Shown piece after piece: positions 39,319 through 49,464 of a stretch of DNA of 64,000 bases. The translations under genes were made by a program, and so were the position numbers. Position 1 is the stretch's first letter, and every line of letters begins with the position of its first letter. Origin of the DNA: an uncultured delta proteobacterium (GTDB lineage: Bacteria; Desulfobacterota; Binatia; Binatales; Binataceae); contig OY970324.1 in assembly GCA_963717005.1 (NCBI GenBank), positions 4,426,573 through 4,490,572 of the forward strand, in the 5' to 3' direction. Under the pieces are notes generated by a model. That model was given only the letters and a program-made list of their open reading frames with translations, made no database searches and was not told where the DNA came from.

Positions 39319-41214
39319 TCAGATCGCCCAGAAGCGCAAGCCGATCATTCCCCAGTAACCCAAATAGACCGTCCAGCCCAGGCATGCAGACGCGACTGCT
39401 ATCGAATGAAACCGCGCCGCCCGATTCATCGCGTAGCTGAAAGAGCGAATCGCCAGCACGAATCCCACGGCCGAAAGGATCGCAAAGAGGAGTGTCAGCA
39501 AGCAGGTGGCGATTGCGAAGGGGCTCGGAGTCGCGATTGCAAACGTCGAGCCACCACCGTGTATCCACAGGATGACGGTGGCAAGGAAGGTGAGCGATGC
39601 GCATAGCGGGACGACGCGCACCGCAAGATATTTCACGCCCTTCATGCGCCCGAACAACTTGCGCGGAATCCAGACCAGCGCAAATCCGATCAACGTCGCC
39701 ATCGTCAGCACTGCGCCCACCAGCAGGATGAGCCGCGTCGCGGGCCAGGCCGGGCTAACCTTGCGGAAGCAAGCCAGCTCGCCGCAGCCGTAGCGGTTGC
39801 CGTCGGCGTCGGTGCAATACACACCGTCGGCGCCGGATTCCTTTTCGGTGCGAAACTGGTTGTGGCCGAGATAGACCAGTTCCTCCGGCGGACTCGGTAT
39901 AAGTCCTCGACGATAGAGCTTGCCGTGATCGATGTAGGTCCAGCCCTCGACCAGGAGCTCGTCGAGGAATTTGAACTTCTCGTTGCGGGGCGACGCAAAC
40001 TGGTAGAAGCCGGTCGCCGCGACGACGCCCGCATCGAGCGGCGCGGCAGCCGGCTTCGGCGGAATCGCAGTCGTGCGCGTGATGTAGGCGAAGATCAGAT
40101 CTTCAACCTGGCTGAACGCCGGGCTGCTCGCATTGATCGACAGGAAGTAGCCGAGTCCCTGGTCCGGCATGTACGCGTACGCCGAAAGGAAGCCGTCGAT
40201 GCCGCCGTTGTGGCCGTGGGTCTTAATCGGGTGCCTGACGGTCACGTAGTTGCCGAGCGCGTATCCTTCTTTGAAGCCGGCGCGCGCGGCCAGACCGGTC
40301 TCCGGCGTCTCCATCCGCGTAATCGAATCCGGGCTGACTATCCTGACGCCGTCGAGCGTGCCGCGGTTGAGCATCATGCGGACGAATCGCGCCATCTCGT
40401 TCGGCGACGACTTCATCTCGCCGGCCGGGCGCAGCAGTATGGGATAATAGGGCACCGGCAGCGGCGGGTTCCCGCGATAGCCCTGTGCGAGCGCCGCGCG
40501 CACGTCGGGCGTAAGCCGCAGGTCGGAATGCGTCATCGCAAGCGGACGCAGGATGTTATCCGCGATGTAGTCCGCGCACGGCCGGCCGGTGAGCTTCTCA
40601 ATGATATAACCGGCGACCGCATAGCCGGGATTCGAATAGGATTGGAGCGTACCGGGACGCCATCGCGCGACCTGCGGCTCGGGGAATCTCGCGAAGATCT
40701 GGAGCAGCGGCACTTGAGGACCGCCGCTCATGTCGAAGGTCTCCGCGGGCGACATGTCGTCGAAGCCGGCCGTATGTTCGAGCAGGTTTACGATTCTGAT
40801 CGGATCGGTCGCGTCCCATTGATTGACGATTTTCACTTCGGGCGCGACTTCGGCGACCTTCGCGTGGAGATCAACCTTGCCCTCCTCGTTCAGCTTCAGG
40901 AGCGACAGCGCGACGAAACTCTTGGTGATCGATCCGACGCGAAACATCGTGTCGCCGGTGACATCGCGGTTCGTCGCCAGGTCGGCTTTGCCGACGCCGC
41001 CGGCAAAGATGACGCTGTTATGGTTGACGAGAGCGAAGCCGCAGCCGGGAGTGTGCGTGCGCTCGAGCACGCCGGCGATTGCGGCCTTCAGTTGTTCTAT
41101 GGTTTGCGGCTTCGGTGCGGGTGGTGGTGGCGGCCGTCGCGTGCATCCGGCCGCGCTTACGATGATCATCGTGACTGCAACTATCGCGGCCGACGCGTGC
41201 GAGTTTGCCTTCAT
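39319..41214 (-). CDS. Beta-lactamase-family serine hydrolase lipoprotein with C-terminal TM helices
   Basis: Lipobox AAG-C, FRVGSITK (SxxK), LLEHTAG, YSN, HNG. Confidence 0.9.
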   Translation of the reverse strand: MKANSHASAAIVAVTMIIVSAAGCTRRPPPPPAPKPQTIEQLKAAIAGVLERTHTPGCGFALVNHNSVIFAGGVGKADLATNRDVTGDTMFRVGSITKSFVALSLLKLNEEGKVDLHAKVAEVAPEVKIVNQWDATDPIRIVNLLEHTAGFDDMSPAETFDMSGGPQVPLLQIFARFPEPQVARWRPGTLQSYSNPGYAVAGYIIEKLTGRPCADYIADNILRPLAMTHSDLRLTPDVRAALAQGYRGNPPLPVPYYPILLRPAGEMKSSPNEMARFVRMMLNRGTLDGVRIVSPDSITRMETPETGLAARAGFKEGYALGNYVTVRHPIKTHGHNGGIDGFLSAYAYMPDQGLGYFLSINASSPAFSQVEDLIFAYITRTTAIPPKPAAAPLDAGVVAATGFYQFASPRNEKFKFLDELLVEGWTYIDHGKLYRRGLIPSPPEELVYLGHNQFRTEKESGADGVYCTDADGNRYGCGELACFRKVSPAWPATRLILLVGAVLTMATLIGFALVWIPRKLFGRMKGVKYLAVRVVPLCASLTFLATVILWIHGGGSTFAIATPSPFAIATCLLTLLFAILSAVGFVLAIRSFSYAMNRAARFHSIAVASACLGWTVYLGYWGMIGLRFWAI

Positions 41215-41454
41215 CCCGCGCGATGTTATCTGAAGAGAGTAGAGCTTTTGAATCCCCGCCCAGCGGACGCCGTAACTGGAATTGCCAACTCGATCACGAA
41301 CGGTATGGCCGACTGCGAGGGACGTCGCCGGTGTATCCACATGGGAACTTCGCGCTGTTTCCATCGGATACATTCTTTCTCACTGCCCAATCGTCATCCG
41401 CGCTTTTGGACGCCCAGCTCTTCACGAAAAGATCGTCTTGCGTCTGGAACCAAT

Positions 41455-41470
41455 TGGTATGGCCCTTGCG
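41455..41470 (+). promoter_or_regulatory. Putative sigma54 (-24/-12) promoter
   Basis: TGGTATGGCCCTTGCG with exact GG-N10-GC spacing, ~47 nt upstream of the Crp-like ATG. Confidence 0.6.
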
Positions 41471-41516
41471 TTCCTTTTCGATTGGAATTTTAGTCGCCAG
41501 AAAAGAGGCAACAAGA

Positions 41517-42311
41517 ATGGACCGGCGGAAAACTGCGACTCCCACCGACTTCGATTTATTGTGTCAGTTGAAACCCTTGTCGTTTCTCTCACCCATCGCA
41601 ATCCACGATCTTGCGGACGAGCTCGATTCCGAGGACTTCAAGCGGGGGACGCTTATCCTTCATGAAGAGGAACTCGGGGCGGGTGTTCATTTCCTGCTGA
41701 GAGGCGTGGCGAAGATCACTTGCCTGAGCCTCGCCGGCCGGCGTGCAGCGATTGCCTTAGTCGCGCCGGGTCCAATCCCCCAGTTTGTTTCTGCACCCAT
41801 CGGCCGGTGGCATTTTCGATGCGAGGCTCATAGCGATTGTAGGGTTGGCAGCGTGAGCTGGGACCAGTTCGACCTCATCACCAGAGATGCGCACAGGTCC
41901 GATTTAAGAAAATTTCACGAAAACAATCTTACGCAATGGTATCGATTCTTCGGCGGGAGCCTCGACCTGCGCGAGCGCCTTTTGCTGACGCTGCTGCAAT
42001 TGTGTTCGATCTTCGGAGTCAACGAGTCCCGGGGAACGCTCTTGCGCGTCTTTCTAAGCCACAACGATTTGGCCGGGCTGGTTTGCGGCTCACGGCCGCG
42101 AGTCACCGAACACATCGCCGAGTTCGAGCATGAGCATCTGATTATTCGTCAAGGCCGGCAGATGATCGTGCGCCTGGACAAGCTCGAAAGTTTACTTGGC
42201 ATCGCGCGACCAAAAGCGAATGACTCCTTCCTAAACTCCGGTGCACGATCGCATTCGACATATGCAGCCCACCACGATGGCCACAGTTCGCTCGCTGCGG
42301 CGGCCCGTTGA
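41517..42311 (+). CDS. Crp/Fnr-family transcriptional regulator (atypical)
   Basis: FLLRGVAKIT, LRERLLLTLLQL...FG, HTH SHNDLAGLVCGSRPRVTEHI. Confidence 0.88.
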   Translation: MDRRKTATPTDFDLLCQLKPLSFLSPIAIHDLADELDSEDFKRGTLILHEEELGAGVHFLLRGVAKITCLSLAGRRAAIALVAPGPIPQFVSAPIGRWHFRCEAHSDCRVGSVSWDQFDLITRDAHRSDLRKFHENNLTQWYRFFGGSLDLRERLLLTLLQLCSIFGVNESRGTLLRVFLSHNDLAGLVCGSRPRVTEHIAEFEHEHLIIRQGRQMIVRLDKLESLLGIARPKANDSFLNSGARSHSTYAAHHDGHSSLAAAAR

Positions 42312-42347
42312 GGTCGCAGCGCTGTGAATCAGGGCTGCCTGCCTCAC

Positions 42348-42959
42348 CTACGGCAAACGCCAGTCGTATCGAAGTGATGGCGTTTGCTGGTGAACGGGCG
42401 CGGTGCCGGAGTGCAGGTAGGTTTTGGCGTCGCGAATCGCGCTCGCGAAACAGGTCGAACCGTCGAAATACGGAATCTTGTAGTGGCAGCATTCGCTTCG
42501 CAGGTATTCGCTGAAGGCGCGAAGCTCGCCAATCAGAGCGAGCAGACGGGCATCGTCGAGTTCCTCCGTCCAGTCCGCTCCGTAGGCGACATGCTCGCGG
42601 ATCGCGCGCAGCTTCTTCATCGGATCCACGTCCGCGTAGCCGATAAAGCATGCCTTGATACCGGTGTAAGCGTCGTGGCCGAATTCCATCAGATGCTTGG
42701 GTAAAAGCACGTCGCCTTCCATCAGCAGATCGTCACCAGCGCGCACTACATCGTTCGCGACCTTGCGAATCGTCGGCCAGACGATTTCCGTCCGCTTCAG
42801 CGCGGGATCGCTCACCAGCATTCCGAGTTCAGGTTTCGCGCGAGAGAGACTGGCGATCAAGGTGTCGATCGAGAAGTACGGAACTCCGTGCTCGGCGAGC
42901 ATCCGTCGCGCGAGCGTAGTTTTGCCCGAACGCGGGGCACCGCCAATCAGGTAGAGCAT
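42348..42959 (-). CDS. P-loop kinase-like protein
   Basis: YLIGGAPRSGKTT, LLMEGD. Confidence 0.75.
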   Translation of the reverse strand: MLYLIGGAPRSGKTTLARRMLAEHGVPYFSIDTLIASLSRAKPELGMLVSDPALKRTEIVWPTIRKVANDVVRAGDDLLMEGDVLLPKHLMEFGHDAYTGIKACFIGYADVDPMKKLRAIREHVAYGADWTEELDDARLLALIGELRAFSEYLRSECCHYKIPYFDGSTCFASAIRDAKTYLHSGTAPVHQQTPSLRYDWRLP

Positions 42960-43163
42960 CGTGCTTGACCTCGCAATCCGTACGTAAACATGCCTCAATT
43001 TCAAGCAAGGTCCCTGCCAACAGTTCGCGTACGAAAAAGTACTACACTGATCAAGACTTTGACTCGTGAGTATCGCAACCAAACGGGCGATTATGTATCC
43101 GAAAGAATCAATGCGTGAGTCATTTCGCGCCATCAGTCAGCTCGAGTTTCTACTGGCTGCGGG

Positions 43164-45716
43164 TCAACGCCAGCGCACGACGACATCATCGCGCCTGAGC
43201 GGCGCGGATTCATTTCGAACCAGCACCGTTCGCTGCTCGCCGCCGGCAAGATCGAAATAGTTGTCACTGAACCGGCTTCGCTCGTCGCCCGTCAGCAGAT
43301 GAACAAAGTATAGATAAGCCCGGGCGCCCAGATGGACCGCTAGTTCATGCGTACCCTTCTGCTCGATCTCAATCTCGATGCTGGAAGGCGCGACTCTTTC
43401 AAGGTCCTTAATCGGCGCGAAGAAATGCCGGTTCGGCGGAACAAGATTGTTATGCGCGCGGAGCGTGAGAACATGACGCGCATCGACGACCAGTTTAGCG
43501 GCGTCGCCCCGCCACACAATGCCAACCTGGTTTGCGCCCACCCGTTCAACAACCGAATCCGACCAAATGGTCTCTCCGCTGAATGTCTTAAGTGCGACCT
43601 CCAGCTCGGCATCGAGTGAATTCAAACTGTCGTTGACGACCCAGAGCTCGACAGATCCATCATCCGTGACCTTGAACGACGCCATCACCGGCGCATAGGC
43701 GCGGCGCACGTAGAAATAGGATGCCTTTGCAAAGCCGTAGTAGTCGATCAGACTCCAACTAACTCCCGGCCAACAGTCGTTGAATTGCCAGATAAGTGAG
43801 CCCGAGCAGTGGGGCTTCCGCCGCCGAAAGTGTTCGACGCCGAACTTAAGACCTTCCGCCTGTGTGATCTGAGTGTAGTCAACGTACTGCTCCAGCGTCT
43901 TAGGCATCCCGGTCACGGTGACAAGCATCGCGTCAATCTTGTTCTTCGGACGATCCTTGATCCGGTTGAGCAGCCCAGGACTGCCTAGACAGCGCTGATC
44001 CTCCGGTAAGCATCGCGTCAGCGTAGTCATAACCGGCGACGCCTGGATTCCGTATTCGCTGATGAAGCGGGCAGTGTCCTCGGCATAACGGGTATAGGCA
44101 ACACTTTCAGGACTTAGATCGAATTTACCCACGGGCCGATCAACTGGCACCGGAGGCATCCCATGCCAAACAGTCCAGTCGTGCACGTCGCCGGCTATCA
44201 TGCTGTTGGCGTTGGGACCGCCGAAAGGACTGCCGGGCCAATAGGGCGTGGTCGGATCGAGCTTGGCCACCGCCTCGGGCATCCGCTTGTTATAAAAGAG
44301 ATCGCCGGGCAGCGGATCGTTTCGCTTGTTGAGGGCGTTCATAAAGCCCTGAACCACCTGGGCCTCGTTATTGCCGCACCAAAGCGCGAGCGAAGGATGG
44401 TTGCGTAGCCGATCGATCTGGTAAGCGACCTCAGCGGCGACATTGTCCACGAACGACGGATCGTGATCGGGATAGGGAGCGCAGGCGAACATGAAATCCT
44501 GCCATACCAGGAGACCTAGTTCGTCGCAGAGGTCATAAAAGGCGTCGTGCTCATAGACGCCACCACCCCAGATGCGAATCATGTTCATGTTGGCTTCGAC
44601 CGCAGCCTCGAGCAGGCGGCGGTAATGCGCCTCGTCAACGGCGGCGACAAAGGAGCTGGCTGGAATCCAGCACACGCCGCGGGCGAAGATCGGAACTCCG
44701 TTCAGCACGAAACGAAAGAAGGTCGCTCCCGGTTCGTCGGAATCCGGTGATTGATCCAGTGCGATCGTCCGGATGCCTACCATGAGCTCGCGTCGGTCCA
44801 GTGTACGGTCTCGTGAATTCAGGACGACCTTCAAAGCGTAGCGATCGGGCTCGCCAAGCTCGCGCGTCCGCCATAGTTTCGGATTCTCGACAGTGGCCTC
44901 GAGCCGGCCGCGGCCATTTCGTACTACTACCGTCCCGTCGATGGGCCTCTCGCCCGCGGGTCCAATCAACGTAATCTGCGCCGACAACGTTTCCTGATCG
45001 CCAAACTCTTCGACCTCAAGCTCGACTGAGATTCTGGCTCGATCATGCGCTGCCGAAAGCTCCAGGGTCGTGAACTTTACGGTTTGCAGCACCGCCGAAG
45101 TTTCCAAGCGGAGCGAAACAGGCTTCCAGATGCCTACCGTCGGCAAGCACGGACCCCAATCCCAGCCCCAGCCGAATTGAGCCTTACGGATGAAGTTGCG
45201 CTTGGTCTGCTTGATAGGGTCGCCGATGATCGGCCAGAGCGGCATCGTCCGATCGGTGACCATGCTCGAAGTCGGCGAGAAGGAGACCGCCAGACGATTC
45301 TTGCCGCGTCGCACGCACCGCGTGATGTCGAACTTCGCCGCGCGAAACATATTGTTCGAGCGGCCGATAAGCTCGCCGTTCAGCCAGATAGCCGCGTACG
45401 TATCGAGGCCCTCGAAATCAAGGATCAATCGCTGATCGTTGGCGATATCCGGCGGATCGAAGTCGGTGCGCCACCACCACTCGCGATCCTTGACCCAAGC
45501 GCAGGCCGGCTCGGCCCGATCGCCGAAGGGATCGGGAATTCGTCCGGCCGCCCACAGTGCAAGGTAAACATCGCCAGGCGCCGCGATTTCGATCCAGCCA
45601 TCATCGGCACTGACCGGGTCAAAGGCCCGCGCCGCAGCGCCTTCGCCCTCGTCGAAATCTTTTAGCCTCCACTGGCGCAGAGGAACATGAACATTCGATG
45701 TCACGCGATCACCCAC
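43164..45716 (-). CDS. Beta-mannosidase, glycoside hydrolase family 2
   Basis: FEGLDTYA, RKAQFGWGWDWGP, NMIRIWGGG.YE, WQDFMFAC, WCGNNE, RFISEYG, WQFNDCWP. Confidence 0.95.
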   Translation of the reverse strand: MGDRVTSNVHVPLRQWRLKDFDEGEGAAARAFDPVSADDGWIEIAAPGDVYLALWAAGRIPDPFGDRAEPACAWVKDREWWWRTDFDPPDIANDQRLILDFEGLDTYAAIWLNGELIGRSNNMFRAAKFDITRCVRRGKNRLAVSFSPTSSMVTDRTMPLWPIIGDPIKQTKRNFIRKAQFGWGWDWGPCLPTVGIWKPVSLRLETSAVLQTVKFTTLELSAAHDRARISVELEVEEFGDQETLSAQITLIGPAGERPIDGTVVVRNGRGRLEATVENPKLWRTRELGEPDRYALKVVLNSRDRTLDRRELMVGIRTIALDQSPDSDEPGATFFRFVLNGVPIFARGVCWIPASSFVAAVDEAHYRRLLEAAVEANMNMIRIWGGGVYEHDAFYDLCDELGLLVWQDFMFACAPYPDHDPSFVDNVAAEVAYQIDRLRNHPSLALWCGNNEAQVVQGFMNALNKRNDPLPGDLFYNKRMPEAVAKLDPTTPYWPGSPFGGPNANSMIAGDVHDWTVWHGMPPVPVDRPVGKFDLSPESVAYTRYAEDTARFISEYGIQASPVMTTLTRCLPEDQRCLGSPGLLNRIKDRPKNKIDAMLVTVTGMPKTLEQYVDYTQITQAEGLKFGVEHFRRRKPHCSGSLIWQFNDCWPGVSWSLIDYYGFAKASYFYVRRAYAPVMASFKVTDDGSVELWVVNDSLNSLDAELEVALKTFSGETIWSDSVVERVGANQVGIVWRGDAAKLVVDARHVLTLRAHNNLVPPNRHFFAPIKDLERVAPSSIEIEIEQKGTHELAVHLGARAYLYFVHLLTGDERSRFSDNYFDLAGGEQRTVLVRNESAPLRRDDVVVRWR

Positions 45717-45872
45717 GCTCCAAATATCTCATCAACACAGGTTCGCGGCCAGCGCAAATGGAGATGCGCCGCGATTTCCCGCCTTCGCTCGACTCAGTTT
45801 AATTCAAATTTAACTGTGGCCGCGGAAGAGGATCTTGATTCCAACTGCTGAACAGATAAAAATACGAGGCGG

Positions 45873-46226
45873 ATGATGCTTTCGCGCCGACATCTACATC
45901 TGCTCGCCATGATTCTAGGCGCGATAAGCGTCCTAACCTTCACGCCTCGAGTGCAGCATCCGCATGTACGGCTCTCCTGCGCGTCGATCGTTGGGAAAGC
46001 CCTCAAAGGGCCGCAGCGGTTCACCGATGACTCGTCGCGTCTGCCTGATCTTAAGACTGGCTTTGAGGCGAATGGCATTCCATTACCGCAGCATCTGAGA
46101 CTCATTTCGGAAGATCAGGCAACCACGCCGTTTCTGAGGTTCAAATTCGGCACCCCTTTCGTGCGACCGATAGTAAGACGAATCAAATTGCTCCCGTCGC
46201 GCGCGGCGAGCGAAGACCCGCTCTAA
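45873..46226 (+). CDS. Hypothetical leader ORF upstream of the RND operon
   Basis: GAGG RBS; N-terminal hydrophobic segment; C-terminal RRIKLLPSRAASEDPL. Confidence 0.55.
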   Translation: MMLSRRHLHLLAMILGAISVLTFTPRVQHPHVRLSCASIVGKALKGPQRFTDDSSRLPDLKTGFEANGIPLPQHLRLISEDQATTPFLRFKFGTPFVRPIVRRIKLLPSRAASEDPL

Positions 46227-46335
46227 GCAAACTCTGAACTCGTCATTCGCCAGCACGCGAGCAAGTTTTCGCGGGCAGTTGTGATCAAGTTTAAAATCCT
46301 CGGCGCTACTTAGCCGAGGGTTGGGAGTTTGCATC

Positions 46336-49300
46336 GTGCCAAGTTTCTCGCTGCGCAACCCGCACGCCGTGATCGTGGGCGCGCTGCTCACGTTAATCCT
46401 GGGAGTCGCGGCATTTCTCAGTATGCCCGTCGACGTCTTTCCCAAGCTCGACATCCCGGTCGCGATCGTCGCCACCTTCTACCCGGGGATGCCGCCGCTG
46501 GATATCGAGGCGGACATCACGACTCGCTTCGAGCGCTTCTTCACGCTGGGCAGCGACATCGAACACATTGAATCGCGCTCGCTGCCCGGCGTCAGCATTA
46601 TCAAGGTCTTCTTTCAGCCGGGGACCGACCTGAGCGCCGCGACCGCCACGCTGGGCAACCTCGCGATGGCCGATTTGCGCCATCTGCCTCCCGGCACCTT
46701 GCCACCGCTTATACTCAAATCCGGCGCATCGTCGTTGCCGGTCACGCTGGTCACCGTCTCGGGCGAGGGACTCTCCGAAGCGCAGCTCCGCGACCAGGCG
46801 CAGTACAATATCCGCAACTGGATTGCGACCGTGCGCGGCGCCTCGGTTCCTCCGCCGTTCGGGGGCAAGTACCGGCAAATCATGGCGTACGTCAATCGCG
46901 ACGCCCTGCAGGCGCGCGGGCTGACCTTGATGGATGTCGTCCATTCGCTCAATGACGCCAACCTCATCATTCCGGCGGGCGACGCGAAGATCGGTCCGAC
47001 TGATTATTTCGTTTACAGCAACAGCATGATCCAACACCCGGCCAACATTAACCAGGTGCCGGTGAAGGTCGGACCCGATCAGGAACCCGTGCTGCTGGAA
47101 GACGTCGGCCACGTCGAGGACTCGGCGCAGATTCAGCAAAACATCGTGCGCATCAACGGCCAGCGCTCGGTGTATATCCCGGTGATGAAGCAAGGCACCG
47201 CCAATACGATCGCGGTGGTCGACGGCGTTCGCCAGGTGATCAAAAAAATCGCCGGTCTGCCGGCCGGAATGAAAGTCAACGCGATCTTCGGGCAGGATGC
47301 TTACGTGCGCGCGGCGATCGAGAGCCTCGAGCATGAGGCTGCCTCGGGCGCGGTGCTCGCGTCGCTTATGATCCTGATTTTTCTCGGCAGCTTCCGCTCG
47401 ACGATCGCGATTTTCCTGTCGATCCCGCTGTCGATTCTGGCCGGCGCATTCGGCCTCCGCATGATGGGCGCCACGATCAACGTGATGACGCTGGGCGGGT
47501 TCGCGCTCGCAATCGGCCGTCTGGTCGACGACTCGACGGTCGTGCTCGAAAACATCAACCGCCATCTGGCCGAGGGCAAAGCGCCCGTCGAGGCGGCGCG
47601 CGACGGCGCCAACGAAGTCGCGCTGGCGGTCCTGGCATCGACCATCACGACCATCATCGTGTTCTCGCCAGTGATGTTCCTGTTCGGCGTGGCGAAGTCA
47701 CTGTTCAGCGCGCTCTCGCTCGCGGTGGTCCTCTCGATGCTGGCGTCGTACGTGGTTGCGATGTCGGTTATTCCGGTCTTCTGCGCACATTTTCTGACGG
47801 CGGAGTCGGCGCGCGAGGCAGAAGAAGGAAGCGGCCGCGGCTTTCTCGCTGCCTTCATCCGCAGTTACGACCGCTTTGCGGAGCGTTATGAGCACCTGCT
47901 CGATCGAGTACTCAATCACAAGAGTGCGGTGGTGGTGGCAGCGACAGTGCTTTTCGTTGTGAGCCTGGCGGCGTTTCCCCTGCTCGGGACCGAACTGTTT
48001 CCCAAGACCGATGCCGGCCAGTTCGTGATCCAGTTCCGCGCGCCGCTGGGCCTGCGCATCGAACTGACCGAGAAACTGGTGGAACGCCTGGAAAACACGA
48101 TTAAAGAAGTCATCCCGCCGTCCGAACTCTCGACCGTGGTTTCGAACATAGGATTGGCGCCGGGATTTTCGTCGATCTACTCGTCGAACGCGGCCAGCGA
48201 CTCGGGCTTCGTGATGGTGGCGCTCAAGTCCGATCATCGCGAATCGACTTGGGACTACGTCTCCAAGCTCAAAGAGATACTGCCAACACGCATCCCGGAA
48301 ATTCGCACGTTCTTTTCATCCGGGAGCATCATCGACTCGGTACTTAACTTCGGGTTGGCGGCGCCGATCGATATACAGGTGAGCGGGCAACATTACTCCC
48401 AGCTCTTCGATCTGGCACGCAAAGTCAAAGCGAGAGTGAAAGTCCTACCGCAGGTCGCCGGGACGTTCATCCCGGAGGAGTCGAACTATCCTACTCTCAG
48501 GATCAATGTTGACCGGGTCAAAGCCGCTCGCCTGGGTCTGAACCAGCGCGACGTCGTGACTAACGTGATCACCGCGCTGACCTCCAATCAGATGATCGCG
48601 CCTTCAATCTGGATCGATCCTAAAACCGGCAACGACTACTTCCTGACCGCGCAATACGATGAATCTGAGATCAATTCCGTCGATACCCTGCGCGACATCC
48701 CGGTACGAAGCAGCGACGGCGACCATGCGCGGGCCGATGCGCTGCTGCTGCGCAACGTCGCCACCATAGCCCGCGAGCGGCATCCCGCTGAAGCGGACCA
48801 TTTCAACATTCAACGCGTCGTCGACGTGCTGGTTGCGCCGAGGACCGATGACATGGGCGGCACGTTGACGGCGGTGGAGAAGGCGCTATCCGATTTCGAC
48901 CTGCCGACGGGAACCGCTATTGCCTATCGAGGCTCGGTTGATTCAATGCAGCGATCGTTCGCGAGTTTCGGTTACGGCCTGGCGATGGCTGTGGTGCTGC
49001 TCTACCTGGTGATGGTGGCGCAGTTCAGATCGTTTCTCGATCCTTTCATTATTATGTTTGCGGTGCCGATGGGTCTGATCGGAGTCGTGTGGACGCTCTA
49101 CCTCACCGGCACGACGCTCAACATCGAATCGTTCATGGGAATCATCGCGATGGTTGGGATCGTCGTGTCCAACGCGATCCTGCTGGTGGATTTCGCCAAC
49201 CGGCGCTTCCGCGGCGGCCAGGAACTGCGCCAGGCAGTCATCGAGTCTGCGAAAATCCGGATGCGCCCGATCATGATGACCACGCTGGCGACCGTGGTGG

Positions 49301-49464
49301 GCCTGATGCCGATGGCGCTGAAGCTCGGGGCCGGGTCCGAAGCTTCCGCCCCGCTAGCGCGCGCTGCCGCAGGAGGACTCGCGGTCTCCACAGTGTTGAC
49401 TCTGTTCCTTGTCCCCGCGCTCTACGAAATGTTCTACAGCCGCCATCAGCAGGTATCGAAATGA
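46336..49464 (+). CDS. RND efflux permease (AcrB/MdtB-like)
   Basis: IGRLVDDSTVVLENI, VSNAILLVDF, RMRPIMMT; GGAG RBS plus GTG. Confidence 0.96.
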   Translation: MPSFSLRNPHAVIVGALLTLILGVAAFLSMPVDVFPKLDIPVAIVATFYPGMPPLDIEADITTRFERFFTLGSDIEHIESRSLPGVSIIKVFFQPGTDLSAATATLGNLAMADLRHLPPGTLPPLILKSGASSLPVTLVTVSGEGLSEAQLRDQAQYNIRNWIATVRGASVPPPFGGKYRQIMAYVNRDALQARGLTLMDVVHSLNDANLIIPAGDAKIGPTDYFVYSNSMIQHPANINQVPVKVGPDQEPVLLEDVGHVEDSAQIQQNIVRINGQRSVYIPVMKQGTANTIAVVDGVRQVIKKIAGLPAGMKVNAIFGQDAYVRAAIESLEHEAASGAVLASLMILIFLGSFRSTIAIFLSIPLSILAGAFGLRMMGATINVMTLGGFALAIGRLVDDSTVVLENINRHLAEGKAPVEAARDGANEVALAVLASTITTIIVFSPVMFLFGVAKSLFSALSLAVVLSMLASYVVAMSVIPVFCAHFLTAESAREAEEGSGRGFLAAFIRSYDRFAERYEHLLDRVLNHKSAVVVAATVLFVVSLAAFPLLGTELFPKTDAGQFVIQFRAPLGLRIELTEKLVERLENTIKEVIPPSELSTVVSNIGLAPGFSSIYSSNAASDSGFVMVALKSDHRESTWDYVSKLKEILPTRIPEIRTFFSSGSIIDSVLNFGLAAPIDIQVSGQHYSQLFDLARKVKARVKVLPQVAGTFIPEESNYPTLRINVDRVKAARLGLNQRDVVTNVITALTSNQMIAPSIWIDPKTGNDYFLTAQYDESEINSVDTLRDIPVRSSDGDHARADALLLRNVATIARERHPAEADHFNIQRVVDVLVAPRTDDMGGTLTAVEKALSDFDLPTGTAIAYRGSVDSMQRSFASFGYGLAMAVVLLYLVMVAQFRSFLDPFIIMFAVPMGLIGVVWTLYLTGTTLNIESFMGIIAMVGIVVSNAILLVDFANRRFRGGQELRQAVIESAKIRMRPIMMTTLATVVGLMPMALKLGAGSEASAPLARAAAGGLAVSTVLTLFLVPALYEMFYSRHQQVSK

